A stretch of DNA of 64,000 nucleotides from contig JANHCV010000017.1 of assembly GCA_025594325.1 (NCBI GenBank), positions 62,001 to 126,000 of the forward strand, in the 5' to 3' direction. A model generated the notes under the pieces. It saw only the letters and a program-made list of their open reading frames with translations, did not search any database and had not been told where the DNA came from. The first letter of the stretch is position 1; every line of letters begins with the position of its first letter. The position numbers were made by a program, and so were the translations under genes. This stretch comes from Blastocladiella emersonii ATCC 22665 (Eukaryota; Fungi; Blastocladiomycota). This document shows, piece by piece, positions 1 to 12,497 of the stretch.

Positions 1-856
1 TCTACTGGAACGGGCACCAGTGCTGGAAGCCGTGGAGCCGCGAGGCCCTGTCCGGTTGGCGCCAGTTCCTCAAGCTCGGGCTGCCCGGTTTGGTCATGGT
101 GTGCAGCGAGTGGTGGTTGTTTGAGGTACGAACGCGGTCCGTGGCCCAATCTGCGCTCTGTTTGCGTATTAACACGCCAGCAACCCGTAGGTCGTTGCGC
201 TCGTTGCGGGATCGCTTGGTTCCGAGACTCTCGCCGCGCAGAGCATCCTTCTCAACTCGTGCTCCCTCCTGTACATGGTCTTCCTTGGCATCTCGGTTGC
301 GAATAGCAGCCGCGTCGGCAACTTGCTCGGTGCAGGCAAGGCGGTTCGCGCAAAGTTCTCCGCGCAGGTCTCGCTTATCATGTCGTTTTGCGTGGCCATC
401 ATGATCTCGACGGGCCTCATGGTGTTCCGCCACGACTGGGGGCGCATCTTCAACAACAACGAGAACGTCATCAAGCTGGTCGCGTCGGTGCTTCCTGTTT
501 GCGCTCTGTTCCAGTTTGCCGACGGCGGCGTGTGCGTCGTGGGCGGGATCCTGCGCGGGTGCGGCAAGCAGAAGATTGGCGCGCTGCTCAACCTCGTGTC
601 GTACTACTTGATCGGCCTGCCAGCGGCGCTCCTGTTCACCTTTACCTTCGACCTCGGGCTCCTCGGCATTTGGCTCGGGCTCGCGGGGACGCAGATCATG
701 TGCTACGGGGTCCAGGTTCTCTATGTCCTGTACGCGGTCGACTGGGATTTGGAGGTTCGCTACGCCCAGGACCGCGTCAACGAGACGGACCGCCAGATGC
801 TCCTCGACCGCGCCACCGACTTTGTCGAGGACGACGACCCCGAGTACGGTCGTTGA
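1..856 (+). CDS. MATE family efflux transporter (5' part outside window)
   Basis: Spliced across intron 126-190 (GTACGA..TAG): WKPWSREALSGWRQFLKLGLPGLVMVCSEWWLFE|VVALVAGSLGSETLAAQSI..RVGNLLGAG..GGILRGCGKQKIGALLNLVSYYLIGLP, the canonical eukaryotic MATE motifs. Confidence 0.93.
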
Positions 857-1234
857 AGAGCGGAACGGATGTTCCCCGAACTCAACCCATCAACGCTCCC
901 GCCTGCCGCGCGCTCGCGGGTCCGGCTTCAGCACATACCCTAGCATGAATGTTGTCCGCGCCCCTCGTTCTCGCCCACCCACCCACCACCTACCTACCTG
1001 CCTTTCCTGTTGAACTAGGAGCCCGTGTGCTCGACCTATACTTGAATAACAATCCACGACTTGACTTTGCACTCGTACGGCCTCGCGCATTGCACCAGCA
1101 GTTGCGAGACGCGACGGAATAACACGTGTGCGGAGGCGCGGTAACCGACGCGCGTGCGCCACACACGCTTGGCGCGCGCCCATTACCTCCCGCCCTCGCG
1201 CGACCCGCTGCCGCAGCAGCACCTACGAATCCAC

Positions 1235-4059
1235 ATGCCATCAGCAGTTCATGCATCGGGCGCATCGCCCTCTCCGCCAGCGTCGCCCGTCGTGGCGGCG
1301 CCGCCCCCGCCACCCCCGCCGCCGGCCCCGCCGGTTGCCGGCGACGGCGCGGCCTACGACGTGTTCACGGCGCCCTTCAACTGCAGCCCGCTCGACGACA
1401 AGACCTTTGACGCGGTTGCCTACATCAACCAGATCTTCCCGTCGGGTGCGTCGTCGTCGTTGTCGCTGTACGCGGCATGAGCTGGGCTGACGAGGCGCCG
1501 CGTCCAGAGCAATCGCTGTCGTCCATTGACCTGGTGCTCGCCAAGCTGCGGCGGCGCGTGCGCACCATGGACGACCGGATCCAGGAGAACTTGCGGCAGC
1601 AGACGGACCGCGGCAAGAACAATGCGACCCAGCTCGAGTCGGTGACGCGGGCGATGCAGGACCTGGTGGGCCACATTGTGAGCATCAAGGAGAAGAGCAA
1701 GGAGTCGGAGCGCGTGGTCCAGGACATGACGCGCGACATCAAGTCGCTCGACTACGCCAAGCGCAACATCACACACAGCATGACCGTGCTCAAGCGGCTC
1801 GGCATGCTGACCATGGCCGTGAACCAGCTCAAGGAACACGCGGCCAAGCGCCAGTACCGCCAGATCGTCCCGCTACTCCAGGCGATCCGCCAGCTCGAGT
1901 CGCACTTCCGCTCGTTCCGCAACGTGCCCAAGGTGGCCGCACTGCTCAACTCCCTGCACTTTATCCAGGCCGATCTGCGCAAGCAAATCTTTGAGCTCTT
2001 CGACAGCGCCTTCACAAGCCAGGCGCAGCTGCAGCCCGCCGTCGACCGCCCGACGCTCGCTGAAGCGTGCCTCGTTCTCGACGGCCTGGAGCCCAGTGGG
2101 CGGTATGTGTTTTCCTGTAGCCCCTCCGTGTCCGAGAACTCGTCTAACACTGACCACTGCTCATCCAGACTTCAGCTGCAGGACTGGTACTCATCGCTGG
2201 TGCTCCGGGAATACCGCAGCATCTTCAACGGCAAGGACGAGGTGCGCAGCACAAGGACAACCGACGGGTTTGGACGTTGGGTGCTAATCGCACGCAACGT
2301 AGCTCACGTCGCTCGACAACGTGCCGCGGCGCTTCGCATGGCTGCGGCGGTACCTCAAGTCGTACGACGACGAGCACAGCAGCGTGTTCCCATCGGCGTG
2401 GCGCATGGACCACGAGCTGTGCATGCGCTTCTGCACCGAGTCCAAGGGCGGGATCGCTGCCGCGGCCGCGGGCGTCAAGGACGTCAAGGCGCTGCTCAAG
2501 GCCATGAAGGCGACGGTCGAGTTCGAGGGGTACCTCGTGCAGCGGTGGCGCGGCGGCGACAGCTCGGGCGCGGGTGGCGACGCCGAGGAGCCTACAGCGT
2601 ACCGCAGCATGTCCGAGGCGCTCGAGCCCGCGCTCGGGCCATACGTCGAGTCCGAGGACCGCCGGCTCGCGGACCTGGTGGGCAGGCTCGCGCAGGCCGG
2701 GCTGGCGGTCGACGAGGGCAACCCGAGCGTGCTCGCGTCGGCCACGGAGCTGTTTGTGACGTACAAGGAGCTGCTGGCGCAGGTGGCCAAGCTGTCGCAT
2801 GGCAAGCTGCTGGCGGACGTGGCGGGGATCATGGGCAAGCACCTGGACCGGTACGCGGACACGCTCAACGGGTTCGTGCGCGACGAGCGACGCGGCACGG
2901 TGCCGGCGGACGGGTGGCGCGAGCTGGCAACCGTGCTCAACACGGCGCAATACTGCTCGGTGATCACTGGCCAGGTACACACCCGCGCATGCATGTACGC
3001 CATCGAGCGTGGTTAGGAAACTAACGGCACGCCCGCGCCTGCACTAGCTCCGCGAAAAGGTGCTCGAGAAGGCGGCGGCGTCGCACCGCGGCAGCATCGG
3101 GCTCGACCGGCAGGTGGAGGCGTTCAAGGCGGCGAGCATGGGGGCGGTCAAGTGCATTGTGCGGTCCATGGTGGACGGGGCGTGCGAGGGGGCGTGGGCC
3201 AACATGTCGCGGATCCCGTGGGGGTCGCTGCAGTCGGCGGGCGACGCGTCGCCGTACGTCGCCATGGTGACGGCGGTGATCACGGGTGCAGTACCAGTGC
3301 TCGCGGCGACGATCAGCGAGGCGGCCATGTTCCGGTCGCTGTGCGACAAGCTCGCCGAGTACGTACTGCTTGCCTGAGCTAGTCGGGTGGGTGGTTGCAG
3401 CTGACTCGAACCGAATGGCGCCCAGGGCGTACCCGACCAAGGTGTACCAGCTGCTGAACCGGTGCAAGCCCATCAACGAGGCGGGCGCGGAACAACTACT
3501 CCTCGACGTGCATGCGCTTAAGTCGGTGTGCAGCCGGATCCCGGTGCTCGGCGACCCAGAGTCGCAGCCGACGTCCATGTACGTTGCATCTCGAGAACGG
3601 AGATGGCTCGGGAGCGAGCCTCACGAGAAACCGTGACGTGTATGTAGCTTCACGCGCGTCCTCAACAAGGGGTTTGGCAAGCTCGAGGTGCTTCTCAAGG
3701 TGCTGCTGACGCCAGCGACGCCGGCCGAGGCACTGGTGACCACGTTCATGACCGTGTACCCGGAGAAGGAGCGCACGCGCGTCGCGTTTGCGCAGGTTGT
3801 GGAGCTCAAGGGGCTCAAGCGCAGCGACGCGACGGCGTGCGCGGACCTCCTCGCGCAGCGGCTGGCGAGCCAAGTGCAGCAGCATGCGGCTTCCGCGGAC
3901 CAGACCGGCGCCGGCGCCGCGGCAACGAACGCCACGGGCGCGCTGGTTGCCGCGTCGGCCGCGGCGGCGACGGCGGGGGCGCAAGCGCTGGCGGACGCGG
4001 CGGCGGCGGCGGGAACCCAGTTTGCGGTCAAAAAGATGTTTGGCAAGAGCAGTAGCTGA
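1235..4059 (+). CDS. VPS53: GARP complex subunit Vps53 (multi-exon)
   Basis: N-terminal PLDDKTFDAVAYINQIFPS|EQSLSSID, then IKSLDYAKRNITHSMTVLKRLGMLTMAVNQL, RRFAWLRRYLKSYDDEH, CKPINEAGAEQLLLDVHALK, and FAQVVELKGLKRSD. Confidence 0.92.
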
Positions 4060-4310
4060 GCGTCGCGGTTGATTGTGAATACAGACGGTACAGGACGTGA
4101 TGATCCAGGATGTGATGTGAGAAGGTGATCGTTCCAGGGTGCCATGCCATGCCTGTCACGGACGGGTGACTCTGCGGCCGCGAAAGTTCGGCGGCTGCTC
4201 CGCTGGTCGCTCCGCAGGTCGCTCCCATCAGAACCCCTGGCGACTCCGCTCGCCCTGTGCTCCCCAGAGCGCTCTGCCGCCACACGGAACTACCAATCCC
4301 ACTTGCTGCA

Positions 4311-5604
4311 ATGTCGCGCCGCACCATCTTCGTCTCGGGCATCGGCCCGCACACGCGCGCGCGCGACCTCGCCTACGAGTTCGAGCGGTCCGTGTCCCTC
4401 CCGCCGCCCGCCGCCGGCTAACGGCCGCCCCGCCACTCCACCGCCCACGACAGCGCTCGCTAGTGCCCGGCCGACGTGCCCGACTCGCGCCGCTCGCTCG
4501 ATCGCCTTCGTTTTCGCCCTCGCCCTCGCCCTCGCCGCCGTCGTCGCCTTCGCTCCCGCCTCGCTCCGCCCTCGCAGCACGCCATCGCTCTTTCGCCCGC
4601 CTGCTCGCTCGCCTGTTTGCTCGCCTGTCCGCTCGATCGCTCGGCCGCATGCCCTTGACCGGCCCACCCATACTCGCGGGGGTCCGCTTGCCCGACCCGT
4701 CGCTGGGACACTCGCCGCCCCTCCCCACGCTCGCTGAGGGACCTGATCTCGGCTTCGGCTTCGGCTTGCTATGACGACCGCAAACACGCCAGTGACGAGC
4801 GCGACGCGCCGTGGACAAGGTGCACCTGCGATCCCCTTCTCGCCCACCCGTACCTCCTCCGTCCCACTCTACCCCATTTTCTCCCTCGACTCGAATCCGG
4901 TCTTTTCCCCAGCGCATCGTCACACGCACACGCGTGCTAACGCCCAGCGACCCCTCTATCTCGAACCTGCACTTAGCTTTGGGCGCCTGGTCCGCTGCGA
5001 CATCCCTGCCCCGCGCAATGGCGGTCGCCCGTTCGCGTTCGTTGAGTATGTCCGCGAAGAGGACGCCCTGAGAGGCTACGATGAGCTGCACGGCGTCCGC
5101 ATTGACGGGTACGTCATTACCCTGCAGTGGGCTCGGCATCCGGGCCGGCGCGAGGACCGCCTCGGCCGTGGTCGGTCCCGTTCTCCCCCGCGTCGTGGCC
5201 GCTCTCGCTCCCGTTCTCCCCCGCGCCGTTGGGGCCGCTCTCGCTCCCCGCCGCGTGGCCGGTCGCCCCTCCCGCCGCGTGGCCGGTCGCCGATCCCGCC
5301 CCCGCACCCTGCCGGTCCGCCGGCCCACAGTGACGAGCCGCGCCGCCACTCGCGTTCCCGCTCGCGCTCCCCGATGCCGGCCTCGGCCGCCCATGGCGAC
5401 CGTCCGCGCTCCCGTTCGCGCTCGCGCTCGCCCGTCGTCATGGCCCCACGCTCGCGCTCGCGTTCGCGCTCTCCCGCCGCGCCCAGCGCCGTTCCCGCTC
5501 CCGCTGCGGCCGCTGCCGATGCCATGAAGCCCGTCACGCCCCTCGAGTCGGCTGCCAAGCTCGACGAGCGCCGCGACGAGGCCGACGATCGCCGCAACGA
5601 CTAG
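4311..5604 (+). CDS. SR-like RRM/RS-domain splicing factor (Srp1-like)
   Basis: Exon 1 (4311-4387) MSRRTIFVSGIGPHTRARDLAYEFER joins across a 589-nt intron (4388-4976) to FGRLVRCDIPAPR..RPFAFVEY..ITLQWA, followed by RS/RSP repeats. Confidence 0.88.
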
Positions 5605-5769
5605 GTCAGTCGGTTGCCCGACCACCCGCAGCTGGACCCGAGGCCCACGCCGACTGCCGCACTCTTTTGTCTTGCTTCTTTTCCGCCTCCCAACCTCCCA
5701 TCCCTGTCTATTGAATCTCACGCGTAATATCACAGTTTGATCTGCACCTCCACTCCGTCTGCACGCTCT

Positions 5770-5815
5770 GCGAGACGCGCTGCGAGACGCGCTGCGAGAC
5801 GCGCTGCGAGACACG
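5770..5815 (+). repeat. 12-bp tandem repeat (GCGAGACGCGCT, about 4 copies) upstream of the PS synthase
   Basis: Read directly; GCGAGAC[G/A]CG cores at 5770, 5782, 5794 and 5806. Confidence 0.9.
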
Positions 5816-5838
5816 TCCCAATGCGGCACGTGCGCGGC

Positions 5839-5870
<32 letters not shown>

Positions 5871-5957
5871 CGATCCCCCCGCGGTGTTGACGTCGAGCCG
5901 CCGCTCCCCGCTCTCCCCTCGCCCCCCCCCCCCCCCCCCACAATCACCTGCCGCAGC

Positions 5958-7317
5958 ATGGAGCACATGGATCCCTCGGACTCGGCGAGCCCCGAGCGCG
6001 CCGCCCTCGCCCTCGGCGGTGCCCAGCGCGGCGCCGGCGAGGCGTACCCGGACCCCATCGAGCCGTCCATCGAGTTCCTCTACAAGCCGCACACCATCAC
6101 CGCCCTCGTCGCGCTGCTGCTCGGCTTCATCTACTTTGCCTTCCAGGACTTTGGCGATCGCGCCACCGAAATGTGCGCCCTCCCTCGCGCGTCCGTGCCG
6201 CCCCGCGCCCCGCAACCGGCTGACGTGCCGCTTTCCCCCCTGTAGCGGCCTGTGCGCCGTGCTCGGCGTCTTCGTGCTGTTCGGCACCATCATGTTCCGC
6301 GACGGGCCCTTCATCCGCCCGCACCCCGTCTTCTGGCGCTTCGTGCTCTCGGTCGGCTTCGCGTACCAGCTGCTGCTCACCTACATGCTGTTCCAGCGGC
6401 CCGAGAAGGTGCGCGGCCTGCTGCAGAAGCTCGACCCGTCGCTCGGCGTCCAGCTGCCCGAAAAGTCGTACGCCGAGTCGTGCGACCTGTCCCCCGCCAA
6501 CGTGTGGGCGCAGCTCGACGAGTTTGTGATTGCCCACGTCGTTGGCTGGTACGGCAAGTCCATCATCCTGCGCGACTACTGGTTCTGCTGGATCCTCAGC
6601 GTCATGTTCGAGATCTGCGAGTACTCGCTGCAGCACCAGCTCCCCAACTTTGCCGAGTGCTGGTGGGACCACTGGATTGTCGACGTGCTCGTGTGCAACT
6701 GGCTCGGCATCTACCTCGGCATGAAGACGTGCGAGTACCTCGAGATGAAGGGCTACTCGTGGCGCGGCTTCCACGAGCTGCCCTCGTACCGCGCCAAGGT
6801 CAAGCGCGCCGTCCAGCAGTTCACCCCGCACTCGTGGACCAAATTCGAGTGGGGATCGACACATAGCTTCTCCAACTACGTGGTCGTCATGGTCCTCCTC
6901 TTCTTTGTCCTCCTGACCGAGCTCAACGCCTTCTACCTCAAGTTCATCCTGTGGATCCCGCCCAAGCACTGGCTCAACCCCGCCCGCCTGCTGCTCGTCT
7001 TCTTCTCGGGCATCCCCGCCGTGCGCGAGGCCTACCAGTACGTGCACGACCCGCGCTGCAAGCGCTTCGGCACCCACGCCTGGCTCGCCGTCGCCACCGT
7101 GTCCACGGAGCTGCTCATCTGCCTCAAGTACGACCTCGACCTGTTCCTGATCCCCTTCCCCGCCTACGTCGTCCGCTTCTGGGTCGTCTTTGCCGCCGCC
7201 GTCACCCTCTACCCGATCTGGCAGTTTGTCATCGCCCCGTGGTGGGAACGCCGCTCGTCCTCGGCCTCCGCCGCCGCCGCCGCCGCCGCCGCCAGCAGCA
7301 AGGTCAAGCGCGACTGA
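5958..7317 (+). CDS. Base-exchange phosphatidylserine synthase (PTDSS2-like)
   Basis: KPHTITAL, DGPFIRPHPVFWR, DEFVIAHVVGWYGK, SVMFEICEYSLQHQLPNFAECWWDHWIVDVLVCN; one intron ending at 6245. Confidence 0.92.
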
Positions 7318-7388
7318 AGTGGAGAGAGAAGCTTTAGCTGTTACCTAATTGATGAATCTAGTCCTTGTACAATACACGCTGTCACACA

Positions 7389-10329
7389 TTATTCAGCATG
7401 CGGGTCCAGCGCCATCCGCTCGACCAGCTCGAGCACCAAGAGGTCGCCGATCGGGTCGACGGTGCGGACACGGACCGTGACCCACTCGCCAATCTCGAGG
7501 CTCGGGGTCCCGACGGGCAGCTGCACGACGCCGCGGACACCCGCATCCACGAGCCCGAGCACGGCGCCCGAGGTACCGAGAGTGTTGTCGATACCGAGCG
7601 TCCTGGGGAACCGGTCGAGGTTGCGGTGGACGCGCGCCACGTAGACGGCGGCGGGCTCGGCGGCGTGGCGCAGGCGCAGGCACTCGGCGGCCCACCACGC
7701 CTCGCGCGCGCGCTGCGCCGTGCGGATGGCGCGTTCGCGCGGACGGGCCGCGGCGAGCCACGGCGCGAGGTCGTCGCCCGCCATGGGTTTCGCGCCCGGA
7801 AGCCCGTGCGCGGCGCGCAGGGCCGCCTTGAGCTGGAAGTGACCCAGCATGTCCGTAAACCGGCGCAGCGGCGAGGTCGCCTTGGTGTACCCGCCCGACT
7901 CGTGCGTGATGCCCATTTGGTAGTGCGGGCCGGGCGTCACCGCGTTCTCGGCCGCGGACAGAACGCCTGCGCTGGCCAGCGTGTCGGGCAGCGAGAGCAC
8001 GGAGCTTGGCTTCATGCGCGACGTGAACGCGGTCAACACGTCGGCGGCGTGCCACGGGAGGGCGCCAAGGGCCTCGGCCGACGGCACGCGCTGAGAGCGG
8101 AAAGGGACCGCGACCTTGTGTTCGCTCGCAAACTGGGCCGTGGCGCGGCCCGCCATGATCATAAGCTCGGCGATCACCTGGCGCGACGGGGAGAGGGCAA
8201 TCAAGTCACGGTGCAGGCGGATTTCGGGCGCCGCCGCGAGGCCCTCGGGGCGACGCGCGGGGTGGACGTTGTCGCGGACCGTCGACGGGAACGCGGTGCC
8301 CGGCGCGGGCGTCACGCTGACCATGGGCCGCCAGTTGGACGCGTTGAAGCCGCCGGCTGCGTACCGGCGCTCGGCGTGGCGCCGCGCGATGCACTGGAGC
8401 GCGCGGAGGTCGCGGGTCTGCACCTCGGTTAGCGGGCCGCCGGGCCACGCCGCCGCCGTCGGGCTCATGCGCGACGCAGTGCGCTCGGCGATGGTCACAT
8501 CGGCGCCAGGCGTAACGCTACTGACGACGCGCGGGGCAATGGGCGGGCGGATGACGCCAGGGAAGTTGGTGTCGAGCACCGAATCGACGAGCTCGTAGGG
8601 CCGCGGTGTGACCGAGTGGAGGATTGAAGGCTGAACCTTGCAGTCGGCAATCTCGCCGGCGGCGTCGAGGCGGATCGAGACGGTCAGGGCGCGGACCGGG
8701 CCGGCGCCCGCCAGGCTGAAGCGGCCGGCGGCGAGCGAGGAAGGAAGCATCGAGTAGGTGGACTCGGGAAAGTAGACGGTCTGCATGCGCGCCTGGGCCC
8801 AGGCGACAAGCGAGTTGTTGAGGTCGAGGTACGCCGTGGGGTCAGCGACGTGGATGTGGACCCACTCGGGCTCGCCCGCGGCGCCGTACTCGACGGACAC
8901 GCCGTCGTCAATCTCCTGCGCGGACGGGTCGTCGATGGTGTACACGGGGAGCGAGCCAAAGTCATGGCGCACGGAATCGAGACCGTCGAGCACGGGCATG
9001 GTGGATGCGAGGGCGGTGGCGTCGGTATGCGCCTTGGCGAGCGCCGCGTCGACCTCGGGGAACCCGGATCGCTCAAGCTTTAGAGGGGAGGTGAACAGGG
9101 CAAAGTTATCGTGGCGGTGGAAGATGCCGAGGTCAATGAGCAAGCGGAGCGCGGGTTCACGGGCCTGTGCAGTGTAGCCGAGGTTCTGCAGGACGTTGGT
9201 CTCCAAGAAGCGGAAGGGGCCGAGAGAGCCCGGGGTCGAGTCGAGAGCCATGATGCGGAGGCACTCGAGTAGGACCGCGTCCTCTTCGGACCACGGCTCA
9301 ACGGGGTTGGTATGGTCGAGGAGGAGACGGCATTTGGCAACGAAGGCGGCAAACGGATCGGGCGCGCCCGACGCCTTGCCGTTCAAGGCGGAAGTTAGCA
9401 TGGCGTGGGCGCGCTGAAGCAGGCGCACGACGCGGGCGGGGCGCATGCGCACGACAAGGTTTTGGTGCAGCGAGGAGAAGGCAGGCGTGTAGTGGACCTG
9501 GTCCTCGGCGAGGTGCAGAATCACAGCGGCGGCGTGGGCAACGTCAAGCTTGGGCGCAGTTGCAGCGGCGCCGTGCGGGGCAAAGACCCATCGGATGAAC
9601 TCGAGCAGGTCGACCTCGGCCAGCCCGCGCTGCAAGTGGAACTCGTCGTAGGCCGCGTGAAGGCGATCCAGATGCGATTGGCGGAAAGCGTTGGCGCCCA
9701 TGGACAAGCTGCGGAGGGCGCCGTGGAGATCGGTCGTTCCAGCGGGGCCAGCAAACATGGCGGGAACGCGGAACCAGATTTCGTTGGCGCTGTGCGAGTG
9801 CAGGAAGCCGTTGGACACGAGCGACTGGAGCGGTGCGGTCGTTTCCACGATCCCAAACACGGGCTTGCCGCGGCTGTCGAAGCGATGGCGAGGATCAGCC
9901 GGTGGGCGCGCGTCGACGAAGGAAGGGGAAAGCGTACCGCACGCAAATGACAAAGTCGCCAACGGCAAACTCGGAAGTGGGCATGGTGAGTACGGCGCCC
10001 TCACTCAAGGGAAAATTTTTGATGGGCGCGTTGGGACGGTGGCCGCCGATGGCAGCGCGTACTGGGGCATCTCGCCGGGCAAAGTCATTGCGCCAGGGAC
10101 CGGCGTCCCGGGGTCGTTGGGAGGGGTAGCCGCCGCGGACACTGGCATGGTTCCCGTTGCGTGGCGGAGGCGATGGACCGGTGCGACGAGGCGGGCGGGC
10201 CTCGAGAGCAGTGCGCGACGTCGCAAACGGCCGCGACAGGGCAGCGGTGGCGGGGGTGCCGGCGGCGCCGGTCCTCAGCGGCGCGAAGCGGCTGGCAGTA
10301 GATAGAGATACATGGCGGGCGTTGTACAT
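7389..10329 (-). CDS. DSS1: Mitochondrial RNase II/RNB exoribonuclease (Dss1-like)
   Basis: RNB motifs YTIDDPSAQEIDDGVS, IHVADPT, TVYFPE, LIAELMIMAG and YTKATSPLRRFTDMLGHFQL. The Arg/Ser/Ala-rich presequence MYNARHVSLSTASRFAPLR lies in exon 1; one intron near 9.9 kb. Confidence 0.85.
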
Positions 10330-10677
10330 GGTGGGGTTGGCAGGTCGGTCGCCCCATGCGAGCGGGGTCGGCCCGAAGGCGACCAGCGCGAGACACGGGC
10401 GCGAGACGCGGCGGCGCGCGCTTGTTGGTCGCGCCACGTGGCGTCAGCCGATCGGGTGCGGCGCGCCAGCCACGCGCCCCCGGCCTGCCTGCCCCGGCAT
10501 GCGCCACGCACGTGGCCCGGGCGTTCCCGGCGCGTCGCGCCGGCGTCTCGGCCCGCGGGTCGGCCGGGTCCCGCGCCCGCGCGTCTCCTATCTCCGCGGC
10601 CCTTCCCTCCCTCCCTTCCTCTCTCCCCCTCCGACCCGCTCCTGCAACGTATCGACTCCCCCCAACGCACCATCACC

Positions 10678-12348
10678 ATGTGCGGCATCGTCGGCGTCCT
10701 CCTTGCCGACCACAAGGCCCAGGCCAGCGCCGAGATCTGCGAGGCCCTCGGCATCCTGCAGCACCGCGGCCAGGTACCGCCCGGCCGCCCTGATTGCCCG
10801 CCGCGATGCACGGATTGACGGCCGCTGCCCATCTAGGATGCCGCCGGCATCATCACCTGCGGCGAAAAGGGCCGCCTCTACCAGTGCAAGGGGAACGGCA
10901 TGGTCCGCGACATCTTCTCGGCCGACAAGCTGCGCGGCCTGTGCGGCTACATGGGCGTCTCGCACGGTACTGCTCTCCCACCGCCCTCCCGAAAACCCGC
11001 CATCTCACCCCGTCCGCGCCATCCCTCCGCCCCAGTCCGCTACCCGACCGCCGGCAGCTCGTCCACCTCCGAGGCCCAGCCCTTCTACGTCAACTCGCCC
11101 TACGGCATCTCGCTCGCCCACAACGGCAACCTGACCAACGCCGGCGAGCTGCGCGAGTTCCTCGACACGGTCGCCCACCGCCACATCAACACCGACTCGG
11201 ACAGCGAGCTGCTCCTCAACATGCTCGCCGACAACCTGCAGCGCACCGGCAAGATCCGCATCGACGAGGACGACCTCTTCACCGCCATCCAGACCCTCTA
11301 CACCCAGGTCCGCGGCGGCTACGCCTGCGTCGCCATGCTCGCCGGCTTTGGCCTCATCGCCTTCCGCGACCCCAACGGCATCCGCCCCTGCGTCTACGGC
11401 AAGCGCGCCACCCCAACCGGCACCGACTACATGGTCGCCTCCGAGTCCGTGTGCCTCAGCTCGCTCGAGTACGACTCCATGGTCGACCTCGCCCCCGGCG
11501 AGGCCATCATCATCACCAAGGCCGGCACCTTCTCGCGCCGCCAGCTCGTGTCCCCGGCCCGCCCCTTCACCCCGTGCATCTTCGAGTACGTCTATTTCGC
11601 CCGCCCCGACTCGATCATCGACGGCGTCTCCGTCTACAAGGCCCGCCTGGCCATGGGCGAGGCCCTCGCCCACGAGGTGGTCCGCAAGATGGGCCCCGAC
11701 AGCGACATTGACGTGGTCATCCCGGTCCCGGACACGTCGCGCGTCGCCGCCATGCAGACGGCCCACGTCCTCAACAAGCCGTTCCGCGAGGGCCTCATGA
11801 AGAACCGCTACATTGGCCGCACCTTCATCATGCCCGGCCAGTCGCTGCGCACAAAGTCGGTCCGCCGCAAGCTCAACCCGATGCACCTCGAGTTTGCCGG
11901 CAAGAACGTGCTGCTCGTCGACGACTCGATTGTCCGCGGCACCACCTCGCGCGAGATTGTCCAGATGGCCCGCGACGCCGGCGCCACCAAGGTGTACTTT
12001 GCCAGCTGCGCCCCGCCCGTCCGGTTCCCGAACGTGTACGGCATCGACATGCCCTCGACCAAGGAGCTCGTCGCGCACGGGCGGTCCGAGGACGAGGTGG
12101 CGGCCCTGATTGGCGCCGACCGCATGATCTACCTGTCGCTGCCCGACCTCGAGGAGAGCGTGCGCAAGTTCAACCCGGCACTCCGCGAGTTTGACACGTC
12201 CGTCTTCACGGGGTGCTACATCACGGGCGACATCACCAAGGACTACCTCCACGAGCTCGAGGCGTCGCGGTCCGACTCGGCCAAGTCAGAGCGCCAGGCC
12301 TCCAACGAGCAGGAGCTTGGCCTGCACAACCAATACCACGACGTGTAA
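10678..12348 (+). CDS. ADE4: Amidophosphoribosyltransferase
   Basis: MCGIVG Ntn nucleophile, QHRGQ|DAAGI, VRYPTAGS, AHNGNL, CIFEYVYFARPDS, VLLVDDSIVRGTTS; two introns. Confidence 0.97.
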
Positions 12349-12497
12349 CGCGAATTGCACCCGTCCTCTCGTTGCGCCGCTGCCCCGTGCGCGGGCCGAC
12401 GATGACCCAAACTCCACCTAGTCCACTCCCCTCTCCATAGCACCTTCCGCATACATCGACTTTGCAACTGCGCTTGTATTGAACCGCTTTCATTCAT

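Noticed and set aside
3400-3420. GGTTCGAGTC-like tRNA T-loop on the minus strand
   Set aside because: It overlaps a VPS53 intron branch point (GCTGAC), and there is no cloverleaf or A-box.
5770-5815. Short tandem repeats (also 23582-23609 and 49649-49708) as CRISPR arrays
   Set aside because: There are no spacers, the units are 9-12 bp, the context is eukaryotic, and no cas genes are present.
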